A DNA stretch of 64,000 bases. Origin: a virus (taxonomy: Duplodnaviria > Caudoviricetes). Location of the stretch: positions 128,001-192,000 of the IMG/VR virus record IMGVR_UViG_3300005512_000001; one strand, 5' to 3'. The position numbers and the translations under genes are program-made. Below the pieces are notes generated by a model. The model ran no database searches, was not told the origin of the DNA, and saw only the letters and a list, made by a program, of their open reading frames with translations. Below are positions 1-9,569 of the stretch, piece after piece. Numbering within the stretch: the first letter of the stretch is position 1; the number at the start of each line of letters is the position of its first letter.

Positions 1-200
1 GAGTAGAGAGAAGCGATTTAAGCATGAAGCCGAACATTATGCATGGATGGCGAATAATATACCAAAGCCGGTGCGGAACACGATAACATTTTGCACACGG
101 TATAATACCTGGCCATTTATAAAATCATTCGAGCAATTAGACCACATCGCAGCTATTAGCAAGATTTCTGATAGGCATACTGATTTAAGTACATAGTCGT

Positions 201-473
201 ATGAATATGTTGCTTAAACTCGGTAAAAATGGCCATCCAATAACTAGAAAAATAAAAGTTCCATTAAGCCATTTAGAACTTAAGCTCATTGATAATTGCG
301 GTGTGGATATTGAAATTGGCGACAGGAAACCAATAATGACTCATATGTTTCTTGTGCGCGGACCTGGAATAAACTCAAATCTTGTTAAAAGTGTTAAGTT
401 ACCAAAACTAACATATGACGACGCATGTGAAGCTATTGCTATTGTAGAATCATACGTCTTACATGGAGATTAA
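201..473 (+). CDS. hypothetical protein
   Basis: 90 aa ORF converging on the large Ser-rich gene; no recognisable motif. Confidence 0.55.
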   Translation: MNMLLKLGKNGHPITRKIKVPLSHLELKLIDNCGVDIEIGDRKPIMTHMFLVRGPGINSNLVKSVKLPKLTYDDACEAIAIVESYVLHGD

Positions 474-3400
474 GCAGAATCACCGTCAATTGCCTCGTAT
501 GCACCCATATCGACCCTTGAACCCTGCGGCCTAGTGACACCATTTATACCAACACTGATATCTTCACCATATAAGTAGAAATACAAGTCAATGTATTCTT
601 GGAGTGACCCATTTCCAGTTCCGCTTGGAGCACCAGCATTAATAGCTGGCGATATTATACTGCCATCTTTAAGGTCGAAGTCATTATTAACTAAATCAAC
701 AAACTCGGGGTCTCCCTCTATGCAACCTTCGCCCTTGCCAGTAGCATTCTGGAAGTCAACTATTGAGGCATAAACTCCACTCCAAAGCATTCTAATGGTA
801 GAATCGCTATGTGGGTCTAATAAATTATATTCCATATCAGAAGTGCTGGCAGTAGAACCCTCAAAATTGATGTGATAATTTCCATCTGTTATCTCGGCTA
901 CGATGTTGTTTATTAAATTAATGCCATTATTAAAGCCAGCAGTTAGTCCAACGTCGCAATTACTTATTGTGTTGTTTATGAAATAAGTGTTGATTGAATT
1001 TCTCGCATGGAAGCCCACACCAATGGTGTATACACTATCTGGGTCTACTACTACATCACCATGGCTCATATTGTATATCTCATTGCCTATGACGTAAAAG
1101 TTTGTTGATTCAGTGGTTTCTATGCCATTCTCACCATCATGGATGCTGTTATTAATAAACCAAACTCTTTCTGGATTATAATGTATAACATTAGTCGCAC
1201 CAGGTCGCGGTTTGTACGCTCTACCAAATGCATATGTCTCATTTTCTGAACATACAACATCTTGGCACTCTTTTATATCAATAGCGTTTTCGCCTTCATG
1301 GTGCATAGTATTTCTAGCGACATAAATAAATTCATCGCTACTTAAATCATCGTCCATTCCATTAACTTGTATTGAATCGCCACCATTGTGATACATTTCA
1401 TTATCTATAACCCACACTCTACGTGCATATGAGTTCACAGTAACAGCATGAATGTCATTTTCATCTACCGATTGCCAATCACCATTATCATATATGATAT
1501 TATTATAAAATATGATATCATATATATAGTCAGTTGACTCTGTGCAGTAAATTGATACTCCGCCACCATCACGGCATGTGCAAGTCCTAATTATAATGTG
1601 ATGCGCATCATTTCTGCAGGTTGCACTTACTAAATCCAAATTTTCAACTATCAAATAATACGATGGATTATAATAACCTATATTAAGAACTCTATCGAGC
1701 CTTGGTAATTCCATATCGCTAGTACCACGCAAAAAGACTGGTAATTCTGCTGTACCATTTGCATATACGGAATTCTTCCCAGCTGCCCCAAGATACCCAT
1801 CTCCATGTACTTCAACAACACTGCCAGCCGCTAGAGTCTGTGGTATTGTTACTCTAGGTAAACTCGGAGTTCCATAAGTATTGCCACTATCTGTTGCGAG
1901 TGGGTCCTCTCTATCAACATAATGCGTATATGGCCCATCAGACCCAATTTTATATGGCTCTGGCCCAGCACCATAATCATAAGTATATTGTTCTCCAGTC
2001 CCATTCAGCCCGGCGTACATCCAATGTGTTTGTTCTATGCTAAATTCAGGTCTTGGTATACCAGTTGGTTTAACCCATATACCAATGCGTTCAATTTGTA
2101 TATTGTTGGTGGTGTCACTCTCACGCACCTCAACAGTTAATGTTCGCCCACGGATTAGAACAGGGTCGCCAATATTTTTCCATGGCCCTTCGGTATCAAC
2201 ATAATCGTCCGGCGGCACTGTCTGGTCTACCGTTTCAGCTTCAAGTAGGTTTGAAATATCAGAGTTTACATTGTTTACAACCCTATATTCTGCTTCAGTA
2301 GACCCAACTGTATCTGGGTCCCATGTAGCAGAAACTTGGTATTCATAACCAGGAGATAGGTTTTCGAATGCAAATACTGCTACAACACCAGAACTAGAAG
2401 AGCTAGTACTCGATGAGCTAACAGAGCTAGATGAACTGCTAGTACTCAATGAACTCGACGAGCTACTTACCGAAGAACTAGAGCTACTTACTGAAGAACT
2501 AGAACTAGACACCGAAGAGCTAGAACTCGATGAACTAGAAGAATAGCCAGATGAACTTGATGAACTCGATGAGCTACTTACTGACGAACTAGAGGAGCTA
2601 GAGGGCACCGCAACCTCGCCAATAGCACCCATAGAGAAAACAGCCATACTATTTCTTGGTTTAATAAGGTCATAATAACCTCTAGCATGCTCATGGATTT
2701 CACCGGCACTCAACGCCCGATTCCACATAGCCGCCATCCCAACCCAACCGTCCCAATAAGAGGTCTCGGCATTCCGGCCACCTATTATTAACGGATGGGA
2801 AGTATCAGCTATATCACCAGCAGTATCAGCGGCATTTTCCGCCCCTATCTCTCCATTATAATAAATAGCGCTATAGCCACTCTTGCGAACACATGTTAAT
2901 ATAAACCAATTTCTCGGGTCACGACCCGATGCTGGGTCAAGACCTAGAGGCCAGTTCGTCTGCCAATTATCGCCGCCTGTCACATCGCCGAACCATAATA
3001 GATTCTCGCTTTGTTGCCATACTAGCTCAAACGAATCGATACCGCTACCAGAACGATAAAATATATATTCTGAGCCAGTGGTAATCACCCCTTTATAATT
3101 TCTGGCCAAAATACTAACAGTGACTTCATTTACATCTAGCCTAGAATTATTAGCAACCTCAACAATCCCCAACGCCATTGCCTGGCCTTCCCAATCCCAA
3201 TTAGGGCCAGTCGGTGTCCCAAATAGTGTTTGGTCGGCAACGTTCATTACTCTGTCGCCAGTTCCTTCCCAGAAAGGCCAGTAACCTACTAATCCATTAG
3301 AAAGAGGATGCTTATTGTTAATGCCTGGTGCCCATATACGTGGTTTAACCATCGTCAATGCATTAGGTGCACCAGCTGGCGATATTTGAGAACTCGATGA

Positions 3401-4489
3401 GCTACTTACTGACGAACTAGAACTAGACACCGAAGAGCTAGAACTCGACGAGCTGCTAGGCGACACTATACTAGAGCTAGATGAACTACTGTATGGTGGT
3501 GATACTATAGAACTCGACGAGCTACTTACTGACGAACTAGAGGAACTACTTACGCTCGATGAACTACTTACTGACGAACTAGAGGAGCTACTTACGCTCG
3601 ATGAGCTACTTACTGAAGAACTACTGCTACTTATGCTCGATGAGGAGCTACTTACTGATGAACTAGAAGAGCTACTTACGCTCGATGAGCTACTTACTGA
3701 CGAACTAGAACTAGACACCGAAGAGCTAGAACTCGATGAGCTGCTAGGCGACACTATACTAGAGCTAGATGAACTACTGTATGGTGGTGATACTATAGAA
3801 CTCGACGAGCTACTTACCGAAGAACTAGAGGAGCTACTTACGCTCGATGAGCTACTTACTGAAGAACTACTGCTACTTATGCTCGATGAGGAGCTACTTA
3901 CTGAAGAACTACTGCTACTTATGCTCGATGAGGAGCTACTTACTGAAGAACTAGAAGAACTGCTCGCACTAGATGAGGAGCTACTTACCGACGAACTACT
4001 GCTACTTATGCTCGATGAGGAGCTACTTACTGAAGAACTAGAAGAACTGCTCGCACTAGATGAGGAGCTACTTACCGACGAACTACTGCTACTTACGCTC
4101 GATGAGGAGCTACTTACTGACGAACTACTGCTACTTATGCTCGATGAGGAGCTACTTACTGATGAACTGCTACTACTAGATGAGCTTGATGAACTCGGGA
4201 CAAAATCTGGGTCATATATAGTGCTAGTAAATTTGTATGCTGATATTTTGCCAGATAATATAAAATCATTAATTTGCGAGGCATTAAAACGCGTTGCTTC
4301 TATATATATAATTTCATCTATAGATAATGTTATAAGTCCACCAACATAGTGTGGAATTCTAGAATGGACCAATATTCGTGAAGCGGGTATAGTTCCACAA
4401 ATTAATGACAGCCTTTGCCCACTAATATTGGTAACAACTATTATTTCTTTGGTCAGACGAGTCTGATTCGTCTTACGTACCCGCTTCAT
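470..4489 (-). CDS. large poly-Ser surface/virion protein with LamG (ConA-like) domain, golvesin/CBM-like domain and right-handed beta-helix (pectin-lyase-like) domain
   Basis: Two poly-Ser tracts. GLVGYWPFWEG...LIIGGR...WDGWVGMAAMWNRALSAGEI is LamG-like. FENLSPGYEYQVSATW...TVDQT is golvesin-like. Repeated IxxNxIYxN / GGDSIQ / ENAIDIK turns and a C-terminal GDPEFVD..DFDL..SPAINAG..DMGAYE end are typical of beta-helix proteins. Confidence 0.8.
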   Translation of the reverse strand: MKRVRKTNQTRLTKEIIVVTNISGQRLSLICGTIPASRILVHSRIPHYVGGLITLSIDEIIYIEATRFNASQINDFILSGKISAYKFTSTIYDPDFVPSSSSSSSSSSSSVSSSSSSISSSSSSVSSSSSSVSSSSSSVSSSSSSASSSSSSSVSSSSSSISSSSSSVSSSSSSASSSSSSSVSSSSSSISSSSSSVSSSSSSISSSSSSVSSSSSVSSSSSSSVSSSSSSIVSPPYSSSSSSSIVSPSSSSSSSSSVSSSSSSVSSSSSVSSSSSSSVSSSSSSISSSSSSVSSSSSVSSSSSSSVSSSSSVSSSSSSSVSSSSSSIVSPPYSSSSSSSIVSPSSSSSSSSSVSSSSSSVSSSSSSQISPAGAPNALTMVKPRIWAPGINNKHPLSNGLVGYWPFWEGTGDRVMNVADQTLFGTPTGPNWDWEGQAMALGIVEVANNSRLDVNEVTVSILARNYKGVITTGSEYIFYRSGSGIDSFELVWQQSENLLWFGDVTGGDNWQTNWPLGLDPASGRDPRNWFILTCVRKSGYSAIYYNGEIGAENAADTAGDIADTSHPLIIGGRNAETSYWDGWVGMAAMWNRALSAGEIHEHARGYYDLIKPRNSMAVFSMGAIGEVAVPSSSSSSSVSSSSSSSSSSGYSSSSSSSSSSVSSSSSSVSSSSSSVSSSSSSLSTSSSSSSVSSSSTSSSSSGVVAVFAFENLSPGYEYQVSATWDPDTVGSTEAEYRVVNNVNSDISNLLEAETVDQTVPPDDYVDTEGPWKNIGDPVLIRGRTLTVEVRESDTTNNIQIERIGIWVKPTGIPRPEFSIEQTHWMYAGLNGTGEQYTYDYGAGPEPYKIGSDGPYTHYVDREDPLATDSGNTYGTPSLPRVTIPQTLAAGSVVEVHGDGYLGAAGKNSVYANGTAELPVFLRGTSDMELPRLDRVLNIGYYNPSYYLIVENLDLVSATCRNDAHHIIIRTCTCRDGGGVSIYCTESTDYIYDIIFYNNIIYDNGDWQSVDENDIHAVTVNSYARRVWVIDNEMYHNGGDSIQVNGMDDDLSSDEFIYVARNTMHHEGENAIDIKECQDVVCSENETYAFGRAYKPRPGATNVIHYNPERVWFINNSIHDGENGIETTESTNFYVIGNEIYNMSHGDVVVDPDSVYTIGVGFHARNSINTYFINNTISNCDVGLTAGFNNGINLINNIVAEITDGNYHINFEGSTASTSDMEYNLLDPHSDSTIRMLWSGVYASIVDFQNATGKGEGCIEGDPEFVDLVNNDFDLKDGSIISPAINAGAPSGTGNGSLQEYIDLYFYLYGEDISVGINGVTRPQGSRVDMGAYEAIDGDSA
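2390..2603 (-). repeat. second poly-Ser coding tract (linker)
   Basis: About 70 codons of mainly Ser between the LamG and golvesin-like domains. Confidence 0.85.
3385..4197 (-). repeat. low-complexity poly-Ser coding tract with internal tandem duplications
   Basis: Recurrent gagctacttactga(c/a)gaacta units; the block encoding SSSSIVSPPYSSSSSSSIVSPSSS occurs twice. Confidence 0.9.
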
Positions 4490-4513
4490 ATATATATATT
4501 TGTCAGATTTGGA

Positions 4514-5470
4514 TTATGACATAAACCCCCTTATGTCTTCTTTACGCTTTTGTACCAACTTCTTTTTGTCTTTTGGCATATCGCCTTCACCCAAAAGCTG
4601 ATCGCAACCTTCCAAGAAGTATTCATATGCAAAATCATCAGTATACACTCGTTCTTCAGCGGTTCTAGTTTTGACGGATTTTAGAAACCCTTTAAATTCC
4701 TCAAAATAACTACCATAAATATGAAACGAATCGACGATATGAACATATTCCCCTATTTTTATACCAAGTTGTGATGCTACATATGATTGCAACTCTACAA
4801 ACGCATACATATTCATAAATGATGCCTTATAGGCATCATTGCTTCTCATATGGACAGTCATATTTAATTTAGAAATATATCCATTATCACAATTGGCACA
4901 ATGCCCCGACCCATGATTGTTATGGCATGTTTTGCATAACGACTTTTCTATTCTAAACCAAAGCCTTTGTAAGCATGCTGGGTCATGGATGCCTAAATCT
5001 TTCCAACACTGCCATGTGACTGCTTGGGCACGCCTGGTGTGGCCACAATTTTTTAGTATTTTGACGCATTGTTCGATTTGGTTTATTAGTCTTTCTTTTG
5101 GAGAATATGTTCCTTTAAACCTGCCATATTCCCAATCTTCTTCTTTTTCTATAATATCATATTCAAACAACCTCTCATGATATGTATATTCCCATTTACC
5201 AGCTGATGGGTCTACCCAGTGGTCATGGACTCCCAAAAGCACCTCATCTCTGTACTTTTCTAAATCATCTAAACCACCTGGAAATGCTCGATGGATACGT
5301 GGTTCAGCCATTGGGTTCAGGATATGTATCATTGCAGTTACATCACGGCTATTCGGGTCATCTGCCTGATCGTATTCTGTTGGGAACATTGCACCATGCC
5401 TCCAGCACTCAAACACAGCTTTTTCCCAGGCAATTGGCAGCGTATCTTCGACAATATGGATTGTTTTCAA
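4514..5470 (-). CDS. thyA: thymidylate synthase (short archaeal-type ThyA family) with a Cys-rich insertion
   Basis: Motifs YTYHERL, TRRAQAVTW, DPACLQ (catalytic Cys), MRSNDA..FMN (Asn gives dUMP specificity), DSFHIY. Probable TTG start at 5470 after GGAG. Confidence 0.8.
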   Translation of the reverse strand: MKTIHIVEDTLPIAWEKAVFECWRHGAMFPTEYDQADDPNSRDVTAMIHILNPMAEPRIHRAFPGGLDDLEKYRDEVLLGVHDHWVDPSAGKWEYTYHERLFEYDIIEKEEDWEYGRFKGTYSPKERLINQIEQCVKILKNCGHTRRAQAVTWQCWKDLGIHDPACLQRLWFRIEKSLCKTCHNNHGSGHCANCDNGYISKLNMTVHMRSNDAYKASFMNMYAFVELQSYVASQLGIKIGEYVHIVDSFHIYGSYFEEFKGFLKSVKTRTAEERVYTDDFAYEYFLEGCDQLLGEGDMPKDKKKLVQKRKEDIRGFMS

Positions 5471-5557
5471 TTTTAATCTCCAAAATTTGTTGTTGGTTCT
5501 AATACATAACGATGGTATATACTGCAAATATAAATGTGGCACTTTAGGAGTACTGAA

Positions 5558-5791
5558 ATGGTCGAAAAAGAACATAATTACCCAAAAACTAGTAGTACAG
5601 AGATGAAAAAGGTCAACAATGCTGTTGTGGGCGATTCTAAGAAACAAACCACATACAACGGCCCACACTTAAATGGTGGAAAGGGCACTGTATATAACCA
5701 AGCCAAAATCACAAATGGTTTTATGACACAAGATTCAAGACCAGGGCATAAACAGCAAGGAAATATAGAGGATAATGCGACTAATAAGTAG
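5558..5791 (+). CDS. hypothetical small protein
   Basis: AGGAG upstream of ATG 5558; hydrophilic ORF. Confidence 0.55.
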   Translation: MVEKEHNYPKTSSTEMKKVNNAVVGDSKKQTTYNGPHLNGGKGTVYNQAKITNGFMTQDSRPGHKQQGNIEDNATNK

Positions 5792-5806
5792 CTGTATTTA
5801 AACCGC

Positions 5807-6406
5807 ATGAATCTATCAAACACAAAAGTTTATCTATGCGGACAAATTGAAAACGATCCAGAGGCGATGGGTTGGAGATTAGATCTGGCCCGCCGCCTCC
5901 CGCTTATCAACCCAACAATATCTGTTTGGGACCCAATGGTTAAGCCAGAATGGGTTCATCCAGATATTAAAAATAACGAAATGGCCTTCGCATGGAAACA
6001 ATATATCAATAGCAACCCCAGCGATGAGTGGCAAGGCGAAATGTGCCATATTGCTAATAAAAAAGTTCGAAGAATATGCAAACAATTGGCCAATAAATGC
6101 GATTGGATGATTGCTAGAATATGCAAAAAGTTTACATGGGGTAGTATAGATGAGTTGGAAATTGCAATAAACAGGAAAATTCCTGTATTTCTATGGCTAC
6201 CTGATGGATTGATTAGCATATATGGCATAGCTGGAGTCATAGAGGATTACAGCCTGGTCCCATATTATATGCATGAAGATATGGAATCATTACTAACTAC
6301 GATTTCCGATGTAGATAAGGGTATTTCTGATTTGCTGAAGAAAGACCCAGAGACTTGGATGACGTTATCGTGGACTAATGCTGCCTCGGAGACAAATAAT
6401 GCGTAA
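5807..6406 (+). CDS. nucleoside 2-deoxyribosyltransferase / dNMP N-glycosidase family protein
   Basis: N-terminal KVYLCG...WR, WDP, and D-x(9)-GSIDELEIA..RKIPV match the NDT/DNPH1 pattern, with the catalytic Glu retained. Confidence 0.65.
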   Translation: MNLSNTKVYLCGQIENDPEAMGWRLDLARRLPLINPTISVWDPMVKPEWVHPDIKNNEMAFAWKQYINSNPSDEWQGEMCHIANKKVRRICKQLANKCDWMIARICKKFTWGSIDELEIAINRKIPVFLWLPDGLISIYGIAGVIEDYSLVPYYMHEDMESLLTTISDVDKGISDLLKKDPETWMTLSWTNAASETNNA

Positions 6407-7103
6407 AGTAGAATTAGATGTAAACAAACAGTCACAACTAAACAGCGCGACTGAATTTACCAGGAGGCATATGTGTCCTGCGATTGTAGTGTCGCCAGAT
6501 TTGGTTACCGGCGCACATATCGCTAGGTCGGTATCAAGGTCAAACCACAAGATTATCACAGCTGTTGATTGGCCTAAAGGGACGCAATATTTAAGTGATA
6601 AATTCAGGGGAATGCCATCGGAATCAATTAGTGCTGATGGGTTTGAAATTTTACTAACTGCTAATGGAAAGCTTGGCATCCTAAAGGAAATAAAATTCCT
6701 TTCAAATTTCTTTCGTGACCATTTCCCACCAACTATAGAACTTAGGTTTGTCTTGGGGTGGCACATGCAGGATAGAACTGTAGACCAATTTGAGTATATG
6801 GTTGATGCGTGTAAACAAATACCAAATCCTACATTAATCAGAACTACCCACTTAACTAAGATTAGTTCTGCAAATGGGTCTATAGAATCACATAATAGCG
6901 TGATTGATAAAATTCTGGCAATTAGAAATATCCCAATCAAGATTAGTGGCAACATCAACGCTAAATCACGTATTGGCTGCAAAAAAGCTGTAAGATTTGC
7001 ATGCACTTTAGAGCAAGCCACAGTATTACAAAAAGCATTATCAAATAATGCTATTGGTCAAATCAATAAAGCAGTACACGAAGCTGAAGAATCCATTTCG
7101 TAA
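6399..7103 (+). CDS. deoxyribose-phosphate aldolase (DeoC)-like TIM barrel, divergent
   Basis: AIVVSP, AVDWPKG (cf. VIGFPLG), ADGFEIL (cf. ADEIDMV), IKISGNI (cf. VKASGGI). The Schiff-base Lys position appears to be Arg (LIRTT). Confidence 0.5.
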   Translation: MRKVELDVNKQSQLNSATEFTRRHMCPAIVVSPDLVTGAHIARSVSRSNHKIITAVDWPKGTQYLSDKFRGMPSESISADGFEILLTANGKLGILKEIKFLSNFFRDHFPPTIELRFVLGWHMQDRTVDQFEYMVDACKQIPNPTLIRTTHLTKISSANGSIESHNSVIDKILAIRNIPIKISGNINAKSRIGCKKAVRFACTLEQATVLQKALSNNAIGQINKAVHEAEESIS

Positions 7104-7161
7104 ATCTTAGTGTTAAATTCTTTTCATATTGCACCTTCAAATATATCATAGGAGGTGCAAT

Positions 7162-7386
7162 ATGAAAAGAATTATATTAGCACTCATCATCATCTTATTG
7201 TTGCCGGGATGCGGCATATTGGACGGTTCAACCCGTATAGTCCCAGCAGAATCTATGGCCACTAGAGAAATAGAAGAGAAAGGCGAGGGACACACTGCCA
7301 CTGGTGTATTTGTATTTAGGTATTATCCTAAGGGTACGTACCCAAAATTCGCAATGCCTATAGAGGAGAAAAACAATGAGCAATAA
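7162..7386 (+). CDS. small lipoprotein
   Basis: AGGAGG RBS; MKR + hydrophobic stretch + LPGC lipobox. Confidence 0.7.
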   Translation: MKRIILALIIILLLPGCGILDGSTRIVPAESMATREIEEKGEGHTATGVFVFRYYPKGTYPKFAMPIEEKNNEQ

Positions 7387-8266
7387 AGGCATACGAAGAA
7401 CTATCATAGGATTATTGATTAGCACTACCTCGTTGGCTATATTGTGCGTACTATTAACAACGATTGTGATTATGCGGCCAACAGTAATAGAGAAAGTTGA
7501 CTCAGGCCCAGGTGTTGTGACATATGACTTGGGCAATGGCAGGAAAATTACCGCACCAGGCGATGGGATTATAGAATGGAGTGGGAATTTCACTGATATA
7601 ACAACCCCCACATCATTGAGTCGTACAGATGAAGCTGAAGCTGTAGGCGTGGCGTTTAAAGCTACTGGTGCGAATGGCAAGTTTATTTTAGAGATGGACT
7701 TTGAGCTGCCAGAAGCGAACATACCTGATGGCCCAACGAGCTTAGCCGGTCATGCTAATATGGGTGTCAAAGCCATCTTCTCTAATGGCGCAACATCAAT
7801 TTATATTATCGCCGCACTATCGATTTTAGTTGGTTGTGTGCTAGGATTCTGGCTAAAAGCTTGGAAAGTTGGGCTAGGGTTTATAGTTGGCGGCGTGACG
7901 ATGTTTGCAGTCGCAAAATTTTTCACAACATATCCTTGGGTGTTACTCATATTGTTTTTTGTGGTGATAGCTGTAGTCGGATTTATATTATGGGATTACT
8001 GGAAGAAACGAAAAACCGGCGAGACAATGGACGCCATTATTGCTGCTGGCGAGGGCTTGCCAACAAAAGTCAAGGCTGCTTTTACTAAATTAGTAAGTGC
8101 AGAGGCGCAGGCACGTGGTGTTAGCAGCACGGCTAAGAAGATTGTAAGTGAGCTTAAAACTAAGTCTGCAGTGCCGCTAGCTAAAATAGATTTAAGCGAT
8201 GAGTTAAAAGAAATATATGAGACGTTAAAAGAGCAACCAAATAATCTATCGGAGGATGAGGGTTAA
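7376..8266 (+). CDS. multi-pass membrane protein
   Basis: One N-terminal and three central hydrophobic helices; overlaps the lipoprotein gene. Confidence 0.7.
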   Translation: MSNKGIRRTIIGLLISTTSLAILCVLLTTIVIMRPTVIEKVDSGPGVVTYDLGNGRKITAPGDGIIEWSGNFTDITTPTSLSRTDEAEAVGVAFKATGANGKFILEMDFELPEANIPDGPTSLAGHANMGVKAIFSNGATSIYIIAALSILVGCVLGFWLKAWKVGLGFIVGGVTMFAVAKFFTTYPWVLLILFFVVIAVVGFILWDYWKKRKTGETMDAIIAAGEGLPTKVKAAFTKLVSAEAQARGVSSTAKKIVSELKTKSAVPLAKIDLSDELKEIYETLKEQPNNLSEDEG

Positions 8267-8318
8267 ACATTCACGCTGTTTCTTGATGTATTTATTATTA
8301 TATAGATTAGGAGACAGC

Positions 8319-9569
8319 ATGTTTAATACAAACTTCGTATTTCATCCAGGGAAAATAGCAGTACTGCTAGATGGTGGTGCTGGTTCTAGCGGCAAAGGCA
8401 AATTAGCATCTTTTATAGGTGAAAACGCCAGTAATTGGCAATTTTGCTGCCAAGCATTTATGTCGAACGCCGCGCATTGGGTAATCGACGATGATGGCAA
8501 TAAATATCTATACCAAGCCCTAAACTCGGTGGCACACCTAAAAGACAAATATGAAAAGATGTATATCTGCGGTGGTGCTGTTTTAGAACTAGAGCCGCTT
8601 CTAAAAGAAATCGAGCTACATGGGCTGACACCAGATAAACTTGGCATACATCCTGTTGTTGCGATTGTGCAGCAAAAAGATGTGGATTATGAGCGTGGGG
8701 TGTGCAATTTTGAGGGCGATCCGTTTGACAATATTGTTCAATCAGATTGTATGAAGCTTGGTTCCACATTACATGGGGTCGGAGCGGCTAGAGCTAGAAG
8801 AATTTTGAGGCGGTCAGATATCTTGATTGCTAGAGACGTACCAGAGCTGCAACCTTTCCTATGTCAAACAGACTGTGAGATGATGGATAGGTTAGAACGC
8901 GGCCAAGCAGGGCTATTGGAGATAGCCCAAGGCTACCAGCTCGGCTATCTCACAAAGTTCTATCCCAAAACCACATCTCGCAATTGTACTGTCGCAGCCG
9001 GGTTGGATGATTGCGGACTACCACCATCCGTAGTACAAGATGTTCTTATTAACTTTAGAACATTCCCAATTAGAGTTAACAATAATAAATATATTCATGC
9101 TGAAACTGGTGCAGTGCTTACAGGCCAGGATATGGATGAGATGCGGGCCGCTGGCAATGCTGATATGATTAAGACACTCAAGGGCGACTCCGGTGGTTGT
9201 TATGATGACCAAGAAGAAGTGACATGGGAGTATATTACCGAATCAAGTGGCGTTAAGAATCTAGACCCAACAAGGGAGATTCGCGAGAGAACATCACTCA
9301 CAAAACTAGAACGTAGAGCATACACTTTTAGCAAGCAAAATCTACAAGATGCGATAAGGTTCAATCGTGGTAATGGCCACACATATCTATCTATCAATTT
9401 CATAAACTATGTTGATATGGCAATTGAAGGAAAACGTGGCGGGCCTGAGCAATTGACCGACAAAATCAAGACATGGATAGACGCAAATATTGAAATTATA
9501 AACCCAGAGACAGAGACTCTGAAATTCCTGGGTACCGGCGCATTAACAAACGATATGGTCGTATTATAA
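8319..9569 (+). CDS. purZ: N6-succino-2-amino-2'-deoxyadenylate synthase PurZ (adenylosuccinate synthetase paralog)
   Basis: PurA fold motifs NAAH, LGST..GVG, EIAQG, YP.TTSR, RTFPIRV. PurZ-type substitutions: GSSGKG (Ser where PurA has Asp in GDEGKG), TSLTKLERR (Leu where PurA has Arg in TTGRxRR), NFINY replacing the GTP-specific TKLD. AGGAG before ATG 8319. Confidence 0.85.
   Translation: MFNTNFVFHPGKIAVLLDGGAGSSGKGKLASFIGENASNWQFCCQAFMSNAAHWVIDDDGNKYLYQALNSVAHLKDKYEKMYICGGAVLELEPLLKEIELHGLTPDKLGIHPVVAIVQQKDVDYERGVCNFEGDPFDNIVQSDCMKLGSTLHGVGAARARRILRRSDILIARDVPELQPFLCQTDCEMMDRLERGQAGLLEIAQGYQLGYLTKFYPKTTSRNCTVAAGLDDCGLPPSVVQDVLINFRTFPIRVNNNKYIHAETGAVLTGQDMDEMRAAGNADMIKTLKGDSGGCYDDQEEVTWEYITESSGVKNLDPTREIRERTSLTKLERRAYTFSKQNLQDAIRFNRGNGHTYLSINFINYVDMAIEGKRGGPEQLTDKIKTWIDANIEIINPETETLKFLGTGALTNDMVVL

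Noticed and set aside
3633-4349. 238 aa Leu/Glu-rich ORF on the + strand
   Set aside because: Antisense shadow of the poly-Ser codons
8319-9569. ordinary purA auxiliary metabolic gene
   Set aside because: Lacks the catalytic Asp of GDEGKG, the TTGR Arg and the TKLD motif; carries PurZ-type residues instead
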